Counted from the first letter of the stretch, positions 50,753-64,000 are shown. The stretch: DNA of 64,000 bases from Cystobasidiomycetes sp. EMM_F5 (GCA_051047955.1 JBPGPT010000056.1:1-64000); one strand, 5' to 3'. The notes: generated from the sequence alone by a model not told the origin. Numbers and translations: made by a program.

Positions 50753-50910
50753 AGTAGAGGTAATTACGAGATTGCTATACCTACCAGCTCGTAACAGAAT
50801 GCAGAGTTATCGGGCAGGTTAGATTGGTATTCGTGACTGCCATCTATTTGCACATCGTTGTAATTTGAATAGCATCTCCACTTTCTCTCTCGAAGTCCCG
50901 CCAACGCGCC

Positions 50911-51444
50911 ATGGCGACCAAACCAGCCAAGTTCTGCCATACGTGCGGACGTTCTTTCACATGGCGTGCGTCCCTCAAGCAGAACTGGGAAGCTGCAAAG
51001 TACTGCTCGAATGCCTGTCGCTCAAAACGGCCATCCAACAAACTCGATAAAGGCATCGAAGCGTCGTTTCTGCGGATGCTGTTGGCGGAGCAGAGCAGCA
51101 GCAGCGGCCTACTGTGCGAGGCAGTCCAGGCTGCCGATGGGCCAGAACGGACAACTGTCGACTGGCGAGAACGTTATCGACGAGCTGCCCGGCGATTGGC
51201 AAACATCTACGAGCTGTGCGATATCGAGCACTACGACAAGGGCAAGTGGCAGCACGGTGATGGCAAGGGCGAGATGCGCGTACGGGTGCACAATGGCAAG
51301 GCGCAGGGAGTGCGACAACGCTTGGAAGAGCTGGCGGCAGACAACGACAGCGGACAACGACATGACGAAGATACTCGACAAGAATGTGAAACTGATGACG
51401 AGAGCGGCAATGTATCGACCGGTCAGGAAGCTGGAAAGATATAA
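50911..51444 (+). CDS. DUF2256-like Zn-ribbon protein with DUF3253-like second domain
   Basis: KFCHTCGRSFTWR....NW...KYCSNACR, then DWRERYRRAARRL; intronless. Confidence 0.75.
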   Translation: MATKPAKFCHTCGRSFTWRASLKQNWEAAKYCSNACRSKRPSNKLDKGIEASFLRMLLAEQSSSSGLLCEAVQAADGPERTTVDWRERYRRAARRLANIYELCDIEHYDKGKWQHGDGKGEMRVRVHNGKAQGVRQRLEELAADNDSGQRHDEDTRQECETDDESGNVSTGQEAGKI

Positions 51445-51467
51445 ATCGATATGCGATAGAAATACGT

Positions 51468-51503
51468 CATGACTCAGGATTCGCCATGACTCAGGATTCG
51501 CCA
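51468..51503. repeat. 17-bp direct repeat (CATGACTCAGGATTCGC)x2
   Basis: Directly visible between two convergent genes; each unit contains TGACTCA. Confidence 0.9.
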
Positions 51504-51618
51504 GATCAAAAGGAGAGTGAATCAAGTGTGCTGTCGATAACACGGCGAGAGCATGGGTGAATGACGGGTACTGGATACCTACGCGCCTTGACCGATTCCG
51601 TCGACTGGAGATTCAACC

Positions 51619-52702
51619 TCATACGCCCTCACTCCGCAACTGTTTTGCAATCTCCGCCATACTGCCGTTCCACTTCATCCTGGCAGAGTCCGTCATATAG
51701 TTGAGCGGACCAGAGGCAATCACTGGCATCGAAGGCGGCTGCAAGGGGGCATCATCTGCTGACCCACTCGGTACCGAAACAGGCTCGACAGCCGTACTTT
51801 GGCCAGTTTCGTCATCAAGCAGGCTAGACGACCGTTTCAGGAGGTCCTTCATGCTAGGGGACAGCTGCAGAGCCTTGAGAGTATCTCCCTCCGCCATTGC
51901 TCTAGGCGGACTCAAAATGTTGGACTCGTCGGCTTGCGGTAGTCCGTCAACGTCGTCGCCAGTAGCGGCCAATACAGACTCTTGAAGCGGGGACTTGCGC
52001 TTGCGGTCTTTGTTTGTTACGAGTCCATACGATACAGGCACAGTCAATGTCGTTGCAGGCAATCCAGTCGCTTTAATCAGGCTCGGAGTGATTGGAGGCG
52101 GAGCCTTGCGTCTGCCATTGGCTGTCGGCAAGAGTGGTGCTGTGTCTGCAGTAGAGTCGGTCGATGCACGAGCGTTGTTTGGCGTTGGAGCAGGCTGCTT
52201 GTTTTGTGGCAAATCGCTACGAAGTCCCTTCGAGCTGTCTTGTCGCAGTGCTTGCGCGATGTCTGCCATAGCCTGGGATGGACGGCCATCAGCTATAGAT
52301 CAGATACCCGAAATTCGATGAGCGACCTACTGGAGATGCCATTGCATTACATGCATCAACTCGGTCTAGATGTGAATGGTGGATAAAATCCTTTGGCGAC
52401 CCAATCATACTCTTGGTGACTACCCTGTTGCGCTTCTGCAGCTTCTTGGGACTGCTGACGTTGCCATTCACGGCCATGTAGTTGTGATGCAACGACAGCG
52501 CTCGGCGGGGTGCTTGCCCATTGTACGAGACGGGTCGGACTTTGACTCGCTCTACGCCGGCTGGGCGCTGATTGTTGGCGAGCACATCACGACCGCTGCT
52601 GGCCAAGTTGATGTCTGCAGAGCTGAGTCGCTGGCCGTCGGTGCCAGATCGTCGCCGAGTAGTCGCATAAACGTCGGGATTGACGCAGCTGAAGAGGGGC
52701 AT
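51619..52702 (-). CDS. CRIB (Cdc42/Rac-binding) motif protein, largely disordered
   Basis: MIGSPKDFIHHSHL matches CRIB consensus IxxPxxFxHxxH; a roughly 56-nt intron joins it to the 216-aa ORF. Confidence 0.65.
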
Positions 52703-52848
52703 GAGGCTGATTGGGAAGAGAGATGTATGCAGGCTGCGTGGAGCTACACTTTCAGTTGGTCTGGGTTAGAAGTGGTCTCGGTTTCGTCAAGCACAGCTGC
52801 TGGCTGGCCCGTTGACCCGCCCACCGGCTCGCCTGCCGCTGTGCATGT

Positions 52849-52878
52849 TTGTTGTTGTTGTTGTTGTTGTTGTTGTTG
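52849..52878. repeat. (TTG)10 microsatellite
   Basis: Directly visible upstream of the CRIB gene. Confidence 0.95.
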
Positions 52879-53072
52879 GTTTGCATTCGTTTACTAGTCA
52901 TGCAAAGCTGCGTCGTTGTATCGTGTCGGAGCAGAGTTGAAGCAGCGCAATGAAAGAACGACGTCGATATCTTTGTCGATCAATGGAGATAATGTCTTGA
53001 TGCTCCTTGACTCTGTTCATTCCACTGATGCTCTAGCTAACACGCTTCTAACCCGGCTGACCATGTCCGAGC

Positions 53073-56000
53073 ATGCCGTCTTCTGTTGTCGCAGAGGGCA
53101 ATACTCCTGCTGATAACGGAGGTCATCCTCTCCACACCCATGTCTCCATTCTCCCACCCTTAGAATTGTATCTCGATGACGCTCCGGAGCGTCCCCCTCT
53201 CTGGACGCGAATCTGGGTCATCACAAAACGCCTCCTCCCCTCTGTGACTGCAATCTTCCTGGCATCCCTTTTCACTGCCGTCAGACCCATTGCATTCCTC
53301 AGCGGGACAGCCTCGTTTGCATTTCTCATCCTCGTGGCGTACACCCTCTTCTATCATGCAGGAGGAGCGACCGTCGGAAAACACATCGAGACTACCGTAA
53401 TCGGCCTGGCTGGTGCCGCTGTCGGAATGGGCTGGTCAATCTTGGCCATTGAGTTGGGCTGTATATCCAACAGAAGTGCAGGCAATCTGGATTCGATCGG
53501 AGCGCGGGCCATTCCAGCGGTGTTCCTTGCAGTTGCCAGTTTTGTCGGTCAGTGCAAATGGGTACAGGAGCAGTCGTGTCGTGTACATCTGACGCTTTGC
53601 AGCCGGCATGTTACGTAGTCGCTTTCCGATACTTTCTTTCGGATGTCTATTGTGCATGTTTGTGGTCATATGGCTCTTGGGCACTTCTGTTACTCTTGAC
53701 GAGGTAGGTATGTCGCAATCCTATGCACAGCGGCCTGGCTAAGATAGTCTCGTCAGATTGACTGGCCAACTATTCTGGGAATGACGTACAGCATTGTCTT
53801 TGCGGCCGCTTTGTCGCTACTGTCGGTCCTGGCGCTCTTCCCTGTTACAGCTAACGCAGTCCTCGCAAAGCAGCTCAACACGGCCTTATCGACGGCTTGC
53901 TTGCTCCTCCTCGCTTCCGTAAGGTATCACGAAGCCATCGCCGACGACTTAAACACAAAAGTGCTCCTAGAATTGTTTGAGCACGTCACGAAGACACGCG
54001 CAGATTTGGCGGAACAGGCGACTCGCCTGCAAACGACCTTCCACGATACCAGATTCGAGTTGACATACGCTCTCCTACCGCCAGACGGATACGGAATGTT
54101 CATCAGGGCAATCGATGCTATTCGAACAATATTAGCATCCCGATTCGGCATCGAAGCAGCGGATGATGCGGACAAGGCCGCACGAGCAGAAAATGGCGTC
54201 TCGTGTCTTCGTCGCGAGACGGAGTTGCGAAAGAGCACCGATCAGCTAGTCTCGGTAATTATGAGTAGCATACAGTACACGCGGAAAGCCCTCGCAGACG
54301 CTAGCGGAATAAGCAAACAGCCAATACTTGGGGCAGAGTCTCCGATTCTAGCGAGCTCGGCAGCCGCAGCAATGTGGGCGGGCTTACCTGGCAAGGGCGA
54401 ATTGACAAGCCGACGCTTACAAGACGTACTGCAAAGCGATATAGAAAGTCTCAGGGCAGCAATGGACCGCGAGGTTCTTGTTTGTTTGCGCCGAGCCACT
54501 TTGTCTGAACACGGCGCAGTCTTTCAGCCGCAGTACTTCAAGGATTACTTGCTGCTCACATCTTTGCTGGACCTCAGCTCTACAGTAGACCATATGCTTG
54601 CATCTGCTGCAAGCTTGCCACGTTCTGCTGAGGGGCATCGCAAGCGCCTTTGGCTTTCTTGGATAATGACATCGCACAAAGCAAGGCCGAGCAGCGATGA
54701 CGCTGCCATGGAAGATTCCGGTTAGTACATTGATGCTGAGTGTTGAACGTATTCGTTGATACGGATCTTGCATACATAGAGGCTGACTTTCAGGAACAAC
54801 AACGAGATGGAAGACATTCTCGGCAGCGGCGGTTAAGCGTGGTCTCGACATCTTCGCCTGCCATCAAGCCGGACTTCCCCAGGAAGTCTCTCTCCCGGCG
54901 CCTTATGTCTGTTCCTGGCGAAATTAGTCGCCTTTTTCGCAATAGGATCAGCAGCCCCGTTGCTATGCGCAGGCGATTGGCATTAAGCTCGGTAATCAGT
55001 CATATCAAGCACTCGCCACATCTGAAACATGGGATAAAGACAGCTTTCGGTCTATCTATGCTGAGTATACCTGGACATCTGGCGGAAAATTCAGCTGGTA
55101 GAGCCTGGTACACAGAGTCTCGGGCAAATTGGATCGGCATCAGCTTTCTCTACTGTTATCAGACCACCACTGGCGCCACTTTCCGAGTTGCTGTCTATCG
55201 AACGCTAGGAACCCTCCTTGGTGCGCTATACGCCTTAGCTGGACATGCAATATCACAAGGCAGCCCATATGGCCTCGTTGCTTTCATGACTGCGCAAAGC
55301 CTGTTCACAGACTATTTGATCGTATTTCGCCCTCGATTTGCGAATCTTGGCACGGTTGCGTTAGTTTACCCAAAGCCCTAACCCATCCGTAGCTAATGTT
55401 CCAGCAACAGCCAAATTACCGTGCCTGCTATCTTGTGGATTCCGTACCTCGGTCTCTCAACGACAAACGTTGTAAGCTGTTGAAACGTCTAATGTCGTTA
55501 CCGTAGCCGACTGACGTATAATCTGAAGGTTACTCTCGCTTTCACCCGTGCATACGACATTGAGATCGGTATACTTGCAGCCTTGATTATTTCAGTGTCA
55601 ATCTGGCCCTATCATGCTAGGTTGGAGCTCGTACGTAAGTTTGGCAAGATCAGCGACAACATAGCAAAGTTGTATTTGTCAATGTCGACAGATAACTTGC
55701 GTCACATCGACTGTGATCATTCGCGAAAGGTTCATGAGACGATGTTGCAGCAATTCACTTTGCTGGAGCGCAGGATACAGCACGATCTCATTCGCGCCAG
55801 ATCGCTGTGCACAATCCTGCACCTCGAGTTGGCTCTAATACCCATACCAACTGATCAACTCAATCGTATCGCCAGCGTAATGGATAGGTTGTCTGGCCTC
55901 TTCTTTGGACTCAGATCAACGCGCCTGCATATACCGAGGGAAGTTGCAGTTCTAAGCGTCTTGCCTCATCGCGCAGACCTGGTCTCTGCTGTTCTGCTCA

Positions 56001-56377
56001 ATCTCCATGCCATATCGCACGCTTTTTACATGCATGCTCCGCTGCCTCAATTTCTGCCGGACGCACGGTCAGCTCTTCAGAAGTTGATTATGGCCGTTCA
56101 AACACATATCAAGACTTATGCACAGCGGAATGACCTGCAAGATCGCGGTAATCTTTGCGCAACATCAAAGCAGGAGTTGGTTGATGAAAGCCAGCCACAA
56201 CATGTTGCCGAATCTGATTTGGCCCGTGCGACGGTTTACATCCTGGCAGAGAGCGAGGCTCTGTCACAGATAGTTGATTCGGTGGAGAATTTGCTGTCCT
56301 TAACGCGCGAACTCTATGGGGTTGCCGATTTCATCCAGGCGGAAGAGATCCCACTGATGACATTGAGGCCTGGCTAG
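53073..56377 (+). CDS. FUSC/ArAE_2 (Bre4-like) membrane transporter, paralog 1
   Basis: N-terminal TM cluster, RFELTY, HLKHGIK, TTTGATFRVAVYRTLGTLLGA, IGILAA..IWPYHAR, PLPQFLP. Confidence 0.85.
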
Positions 56378-56705
56378 CAAGACCCCAGGCTGATATACCT
56401 AGATCAATAATTCCATAAAACATGGGAGCTTGCCTTACCCTCGGTCGGAAGCCGAATGATGGGACTTGTTTGGCACCAAGGTGGCGGTCGACCGGTCACA
56501 AAATTCCTTTTCACAGATGGCAGAGTAAATCTACGCTGCGGACACGCCATGTCAATTAATCGACTCAGCTGTCGGAGACCTCAAGACATTTGTTCATACC
56601 TCTCTTAGCAGCACAGCTGGAGAGCTGCGTACGGTAGACAAAGGCAGGGCAGTCCTCGGAAAACACTCAGGATTCAAGGTCCACTCAGGCAACTACCATA
56701 GTCTA

Positions 56706-59700
56706 ATGTCGGGCAATCGCCCTACCAATGATTCAGCACAGACCTTACTGGGAACGGAGTCGTTTTGGAAGCCAGCAAAGGCACACGAAGCCTATCAATG
56801 CGGTCTTCCGCCTCTGCCGCAAATCAGAAAGCAAGATCACGCTCGGACTTGGCGGGAGTCCAGCATACGACTTATCCGTCGCCTAGCGCCTCCGCTGCTT
56901 ACGACATTCCTAGCCGCAATATTTGTCGTTCTTGAACCGATCAATTCGCTCAGTGGTAGCGATGACTGGTCATCCCTGACTCTCGTGTTCTGCACTCTGA
57001 CATTTCACCACCAAGGCCGGACGATCGGCAAGATATTCCATCATACTTGTGAGCAAGCATGCTCGGCATTTGACTGCTGAGCTAAAATGTGCCCGATCAG
57101 CCATAGGTCTAGTCGGTGGCCTGATAGGGCTCGGATTATCTGCGGTCGCAATTGAATTGAGCAGCTTAGCGGTTGATCGCGGCTATCTAATCGGTGGTCG
57201 AGCTATTCCGGCATGCGTATTGGCCTTGATGATTTTCGTTGGTCAGTCTAGCTATCAACCGCAGACCCCGCACACAACTAAAGTGCGCAATGACATGTGG
57301 CTCAGGAGGAGTCATCAAGTCTCGTTACCCAGCCATGGCAACCGGATGCCTGATGAGCGGCTTCATTGCAATATGGTTGATCGGGTACTCAACGGTTGAA
57401 ACTGAGGCAGGTCCTCCAAGGTTAGATTGATACTCCGAGCAGGGGCTAATCAGCCGCGTTCTAGATGCCAAGAGTATCGGTGCTCGGAATGCTATTCCCG
57501 ACTGTCTTCGCGGCCGGCATCTCCTTTTTCTGCGCAGCCATCATATTCCCCCGAACAGCACATGCTGCACTCTCTAGGCAGATGGAGACGGTTACGGATA
57601 CAATCTCGACGCTGCTACTGGCGTCATTGCATCTTTTCCAAGCCAGCGCACATGAAACTACACCCATGCAGATTCGACAAATGCGAGATCAGATACTGTG
57701 CTCTAGAGCTCGATTGGATCGGGAGATTGCCGTCCTAAAAACAGCCTACGAGGAGGCTAGATTTGAAATTACCTACGCTTTCATCCCTATACGCGCCTAC
57801 GAGCCATTCGTCAAGCATTGCGTCGATTTGCAGGGTCTCTTGACATGTCGAACAGGCCTCGATGTTTCTCCTTTCGATATCATTGCAGTGAATGGCGAGG
57901 AGAAGACAAATATTCGGTCCTCGCATGTTGATGCGAGTGTACGGACTCTGGTAGATCAGCTCGGTCAGGCCAATCTGGCTGCGATTGCTTACACCCGCAC
58001 GGCGATTGCGAAAGCCAGCAAGTCTCACTCTTCTTCCCCGGATCAAAGGACAAAAGCTGCTCTAGGTAGTAGCATCAACACCACTGCTCTCGGTGGCCTC
58101 GCCGCGCAAAGTCACTTTACACGCCAAAGGTTGCAGCGCGTTTTGACCGACGCGGTCGACAAGCTGAAAGACGGCATAGTCTCTAGTTTGGAGGAAGCCA
58201 TATCAGAAGACAGTGCTGCACAATCGGCACTCGAAGAACACCTTTTCCGCGAAAACACAATCAAAGACTGTTATTTCCTGACGTCTCTAGTCGAATTATC
58301 TGATACGTCAGCAGAATTACTTTCGTTAGCTGAACAATTGCCGGACCCAGCCAAAGGGGCCCGCCGCCGGATCCGCCTACATCGCCCGAACAAAGCGTTC
58401 TTCAAGGCCCGACACGGAGCTGGAACTTATGCAGACTCTGATGACAGCGGTGAGTTTCAAAATAACTTACGTGAACTCGTGTCTCACAAGCGGAAGCCAG
58501 ATGACGACGAAGGTGAATACGAACAAAAGGGAAGGCGTGAACATGTTAGGCTGGATGGTCAAAAGCGATTTAACCGAACAGACATAATGCCAATACAGCA
58601 TGTGGAACGTTCTTGGTCTTCGCTGACAACCTTACATACCCGTATCCACGACTCCTATAAAGCCTGGTGCAACAGCCCGGATGTTTTACGGAGACGCATA
58701 CAGCTGAGCAAGGCCATACATCGCGTTTTCCGATCTCCACACCTAAAGTACGGCATCAAGGCAGCACTTGGCGTTTCTCTCCTTACTCTTCCCGGCCATC
58801 TGCCATCAGAGTCGCCAGGATACAAATGGTACAAGTCTTGTAAAGGCCAATGGATCTCGATCTGCTTCCTGTATGTGCTGGGCACTACGACAGCAGCCAC
58901 CAACAGGATTGCATTCTATCGGTCTGCTGGGACGCTTCTTGGCGCCTTCTATGGACTTGTTGGTCAGATTATCGTAGGAACAAATCCATATGGCCTCGTC
59001 GCAGTCATGGTGGTATCGTCGCTCGTTACGGACTACATGATACTGGAGAAGCCTCGCGTGGCCTACTTGGGGATTGTCTGGTATGTGCAGACCAGTATAT
59101 CACCTGTTTGGTTACTAACACGGACATAACAGGCAGATGACAGTGCCATCGATCCTATTTGTACCAGCGTTACAAATACCCTATTCTAGCATCGTGAGTA
59201 GAGGATATCCAGTATGATAACGATCTAGCTGTTGAACAAACTGAGCGCGATCTCGGCAGCTGGACGTCGCGCTTACGCGGGCTTACGACATCGAGATCGG
59301 TATACTCGCAGCCTTGGTCATTACCAATTGCTTATGGCCATATCATGCTAGAAAGGAGATTGTCTCTACGTGTGCCAAAGCTGTGGATCGGATCGCTAGG
59401 CTGTTCTTGTCGATGTCGAAACAAAATCTGCATGCGAATGGTCAACCTGGTCCTATGGGTATCGAAGTAGCGCGTCAATTCGAGCATCTGGAACATAATA
59501 TCAGTGTGGGTCTCAACTGGTCAATTGCGGAAAGGAGCTAAACTTGATGGGGCGCACTTAGACGATGGTCGGCCGCGGAAACAGCCTTTGCGGTATGCTG
59601 AGGCTGGAGATGTCCCTTTCGCCGAAACCTATAGCAGAATACAGGAGGCTGCTGGAGTCAATGACGGAGTTGGCAAGTCTCTTCGCTGGGCTAAGAAGTA

Positions 59701-60350
59701 TTCGACGTCACATACCTCGCAAGTCGACTATTCTAGACGTGCTCCCGGAACGGACAGAAGTAGTCTCATCGATACTACTCTGCCTACACGCATGCAGTCA
59801 TTCTTTGCATACGGGGTCTCCTGTGCCGCAATTTCTTCCTCAGCCGCGTTTAGCTCTCAGCAAGTTGGTGAGTGCTATTGAGGCTCACGTTGAACGATCA
59901 TTCGCCGTTACCCGTGCATCGACCACTGTACTGGCACGTCGCGTATCAACAGACCCCGACCCTCCCGTAGCCGAGTCGATGCCGCAGGTTCTATTGTCTC
60001 TACCAGACGGCGAATCCAAAGTCCCGGACTTCAGCCCAGCTTTCCACCTACAAAGACAAACGACTCAAACCTCCATCCCTTACAGTCGACAGAGCGGCAA
60101 ATTAGGCTTCAGTTTCGCATTCGCGCTCGCCGAGCATGAAGCTCTGTCTGAGGCCGTCGAAGCACTCGAAAATTTGCTCGACACCTGTCGTGATCTATAT
60201 AGCGAAGCAACCTTCATACAGCCTGAAGACCTACCTGTGATCGATCTACACAGTCACTTAGCGACGCCGACTCCCGGCACCAGATCGAGACGCGGTAGCG
60301 ATGCGGCTTCATTCTATAGTGGTATATCGAGAATGCGCTCGCGCTCTTAG
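56706..60350 (+). CDS. FUSC/ArAE_2 (Bre4-like) membrane transporter, paralog 2
   Basis: Same architecture: RFEITY, HLKYGIK, YRSAGTLLGA, IGILAA..LWPYHAR, PVPQFLP. Confidence 0.85.
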
Positions 60351-60511
60351 CAGGCAGATTTTAACAATATTTGGTCTGACTCAAGCTCAAACTCATGTTT
60401 GTCCAAGCATCTCGTGTAGCTATTTAGTACAACGACACTTCTGTAGCCTCGACTGAGACTAGCTGATATCAAGAGCATACAGGTGTCATCTAGTCATGAT
60501 GAAATTGAATG

Positions 60512-63206
60512 TCACGTCCGCCGTCTCTTGTTCGTTGCCGGTCCCTCGGCTTTTCGTCGAGCTTGACAGTCATCGCAGAACCATTCGCCTTTGGGTTCAT
60601 TCGTGAGACCGACGCATGCCCAATGGAACCACTCTCGTGCGCAGTCCTTGTCGTCACAGCCAATCATGTTGCCGAAGGAAACGCGGTCGCAGTAACAATA
60701 AGTGCGCACATCATCGCCGCCTTCACCGTCACCTTCGAGGTCTCCTTGATCGTCGCCCTCGTCTATCTGGCCATCGGCATTCTCCATGTACTGGTCCTGT
60801 TCGACATCGCCTGGTCCGTACCCACTGGCTGTGTTACCTTGACCATAGTGCTCAGACTCCTGCTGCGGCACGTTCGAGTGATGGGTTTGCGGCGAAGCTA
60901 GTGCGCCCCTACTGCGCGAAGCTTTCGGAACGTACGCGTCTTGCATACCTGACCCACGTCTCTGCGGTACTTGAGCAAAAGTAGCTGACGTAGGCGTTCC
61001 AGCTCCCGATCCGCCTCCGACATCTGGCGATTCTCCGCTCCGTTGGCGTCTTGCACGAGACCGCTTCGCACCGTTGCCATTGGCTCCTCCATTTGCACCA
61101 TTCGCCGCACGATGACTGGCTGTAGAGCCGCTGGGACTAGGCATGCCCGCACTTCCCCTTGTCGAAGCATGGCGATCGCGGCGAAGGCCTAGTGGAGCCA
61201 CTGTATCTGCAATATCGACCCCGTCGCGGTCATTGTCAAGTGATCCATGCACAGATCCAGCGACACTTTGTCCGTCGTCGTATGCACCACCCGTTCGCTC
61301 CTTCTTTGCGTTACTTCGCCGTTTCTTGGGTTGAGGAGCCACCATGACACTTTCTGATGGGTGTGTGCCGATTGCTGTAGAAGAAGGGCCAGGAGCAGAG
61401 TGATGGTGATGATGGTGATGGTGCCCATGCTGCGCTTGAGAATGAACATCGCCGGCATTTGCGGTGATTGTTGCGCCAATATAGTGCGACGCGACATTCG
61501 AGCTGAGGTGAGGGCTCGAGGCACCATAAAGGTGGGACACGTCACCAGCTCCAGCAGGAACACCTTGTGGCTTGACTGCATAGGGTATGAAGCCAGGATC
61601 GCCTGGTCGCAGCTGCTGGCTACCAGCTGAGGAGGCCTGAGCGTGAGCCATTTGTGCATCAAGCGCACCGAGAGGAGGAGGTTGACCGAGATAGCCAATA
61701 GGTATACCATTCTGAGTGTTGAAATCGCCATCGGGTCTGACTCCTTGCTGTGGATAAGCGACACCTGCGGCACCGACAAAGACTGAATTGCCCTGAGCCG
61801 ACATGGGAATCGCTTGTCCATTGAACCCGCTGGGTGCTTCTTGTTCACCTGCCAAGGGTGTTCTGTCGCCGCTGCTGCTATCGGTATGCGCATTCACGCC
61901 AAGATGCGAAGCGTTCGACAAGCCACCGTTTGTATGGTAGCTACGGCCGTTGTACATTGGCGTGGATTCAGCGTCCACTGACATTCCAGCCATACTGTGG
62001 GATGTCGTTCCTGCTACGCTCTTGCGCTTTCGAGATCCGCTGCTTGCTTCATTTCCGGCCGCACCGTGCCTTGATCTCTGCTTGCCCGCATGACTGCCCC
62101 TGTCTGCCCATGCTGATGATTTCAGCGGCCCTACTCTATTCTCCTGACGTATAAACGCTCGTGCATCATTTGGATCGGCTAGTGGTAGACCTTCGCGCGT
62201 ATATGAGCGGACAGCATCTGCAGCGGCGGCGTAATTGACTGCATGGCGCTCACTGAGTCCCGGTGCGTCGTATGAAGGCGTAGGGTGTAGTCCTGATGCA
62301 GTCGGGTGTCCATAGGGCATTGCCGATGATGAAGCCTGCGGGTGTGCTAGAGATGGCGGATAGATGCCCGAGTTTGCAGAATAGCCCAAGCTGGCTGAAG
62401 TATTCAAACCAGCAACGTGCGAAGAGTAGACGCCGCTCTGCTGACGGCCATAGACGTGGGATGCGGGGAGGTAGTCTGGTCTCCTGTATGCTGCGCCGGA
62501 TGTGGATGCGGAAGCCTGGAAGAGCAGAGGGTAGCCGTGTGGCCAGGTCGGCGGGGGTATCGTCCCTCCCATAGACTGGGGCAGGAGAGATGTGAGCAGG
62601 TTGGCGAGCAGGTCCAGCTGATTTGTATGGTGTATGAGCTGTTCCGGAGCATGACCGTGGCCAAATGCAAAATGGGCAGAGATTCAAACTCCTCAGCACC
62701 GATCCAAGCAGCACGGTATTACCACCACACACCGTCTCGCACGTCCCCGTCGCTACGCGTATCTTGTCTTCGCCGCCGAGCTTGAATGCTCTTGCCTCTC
62801 TTGCGATATCTCTGAGCAGCTCAAACCTGGCCAGCGGAGACGCGCCCTTGTCTTCTATGAGCTCGAGGAGCCTGTTTAGCTTGAGGGTGATGGTCTCCAA
62901 CGATCCAGACAGGACGGCGTCGAGCTCCCGGAGGTCGCTGATTGACCGGGTTATCGTTGGGGGAAGCGAGTCTACGCAGTCTCCAAACGAGAGGCACACT
63001 GATGGTGGATGGTCAGCCATCATATCCATCATCATGGCTGCTCCTCGTCGCCCACAATGCGTAAACTCTGCCGCCGACTGGGCTTCCTGGCTGCCGGGGG
63101 TCAGTCCTGGCAATATTCCTGCATTTGCGAGTCCAGCTCCTGGCATTGCTCCTCCTCCTCCTCCATCTCCCGTCGTCGCAGCCGCAGTCGCTGCCCGAGT
63201 AGCCAT
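60512..63206 (-). CDS. ING-family PHD-finger chromatin protein (Yng2/Pho23-like)
   Basis: N-terminal ING domain [18 protein letters not shown]...EDKIRVA; C-terminal [28 protein letters not shown]...[10 protein letters not shown]. Confidence 0.92.
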
Positions 63207-63496
63207 AGTTTTCAGCGACGAGTTGTCGGGATGCAAAGGGCAAACAGGCAATAGCCGACATGAAACAAGAAGAAACGGCTTGCAAGAAGTACATTGCATT
63301 TGATAGTCTTGACTTGTACTCTGCTTGTACTCTCTGATTCTCACTCATACTGCAGTCCCCTGCTTTCCCTACGTACCCTCCACCAACTGGGCAGAGATGA
63401 CTCTAGTCAGCTCATGAGAGACCATGCAATAATTGGCACTACTCATCCACCACACATCTTGACAGCCACTACCAGATACCGCTCTCTCTCCTCGCC

Positions 63497-64000
63497 TCAC
63501 TTTGAACCCCCACAGTCAATCCGCCCGCCGGGAACCCGATAATGGCCTACTCCGATGGCCTTTGCCGCCTGTAGAATCTCCATGTATTCGTGATACTCGT
63601 CCTCGGTCTCGAATATGAAGTCCGCGACAGACATGGGATGGCAGCTCTCGCAGTGGCACTGATGACCGGGCATGCCGTGTCCAAGACTTTATCGTAACAA
63701 TGTTAGCGAAAGTACAATGATTTACGGAAATGATGACCTTACCAATACTGTCTAATCTCATTCTTGATTGCATCTTCATCCTCTGATCCGATATCGCTCC
63801 CTCCGGAGCTGCCGAGTGACGGGCTACTTTCCAACGACGGCGAAGGCGACGGGGAGGTTGTAAAGGAATCCGAGTAGGAGGAAGATGACGACGACGACGA
63901 CGAGTCGACTGAGGATATCGAGCTGCTCGACGATGACCTGTGCTGCTTCTTTTTATTGCTGTTCCCGCTCAAGGTAGACGAGCTCGCAAACCGAAAGAGC
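63497..64000 (-). CDS. 3' end of a hypothetical protein (Ser-rich; C-terminal Cys/His cluster), runs off the window
   Basis: Open Ser-rich frame from the window edge, GTAAGG donor near 63742 and a GCTAAC branch point; the last exon would encode HQCHCESCH. Confidence 0.4.

Noticed and set aside
51468..51503. Duplicated TGACTCA (AP-1/Gcn4) site as a regulatory element
   Set aside because: It lies between two convergent 3' ends, not in a promoter; most simply a local duplication.

Overview
Gene-dense, intron-rich eukaryotic DNA (roughly 50-55% GC; mostly 50-65 nt GT-AG introns with CTRAY branch points), most consistent with a basidiomycete yeast-like fungus (lineage is my inference). I can support about 33 protein-coding genes, including a HEN1 small-RNA methyltransferase, an Artemis-like nuclease carrying a BRCT pair, RecQ, Las1, LSH/Irc5, ERG13, ATP4, DPB4, DAD3, a GH15 hydrolase, an ING/PHD protein and two tandem FUSC-type transporters. 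I saw no rRNA, tRNA, CRISPR or transposase. The most unusual signal is non-coding. The three long first introns (HEN1 367 nt, ATP4 175 nt, ERG13 156 nt) each place a consensus branch point near the donor and then run 124-334 nt with no AG dinucleotide up to the acceptor, and the HEN1 intron also contains hairpins. Other points of interest are a tandem pair of related small secreted proteins with a domain I do not recognise, a spliced CFEM-like GPI protein not recovered by the ORF track, and an 18-bp double-CCAAT palindrome upstream of a Cys-motif bZIP gene. Exon boundaries were inferred by eye and are approximate.
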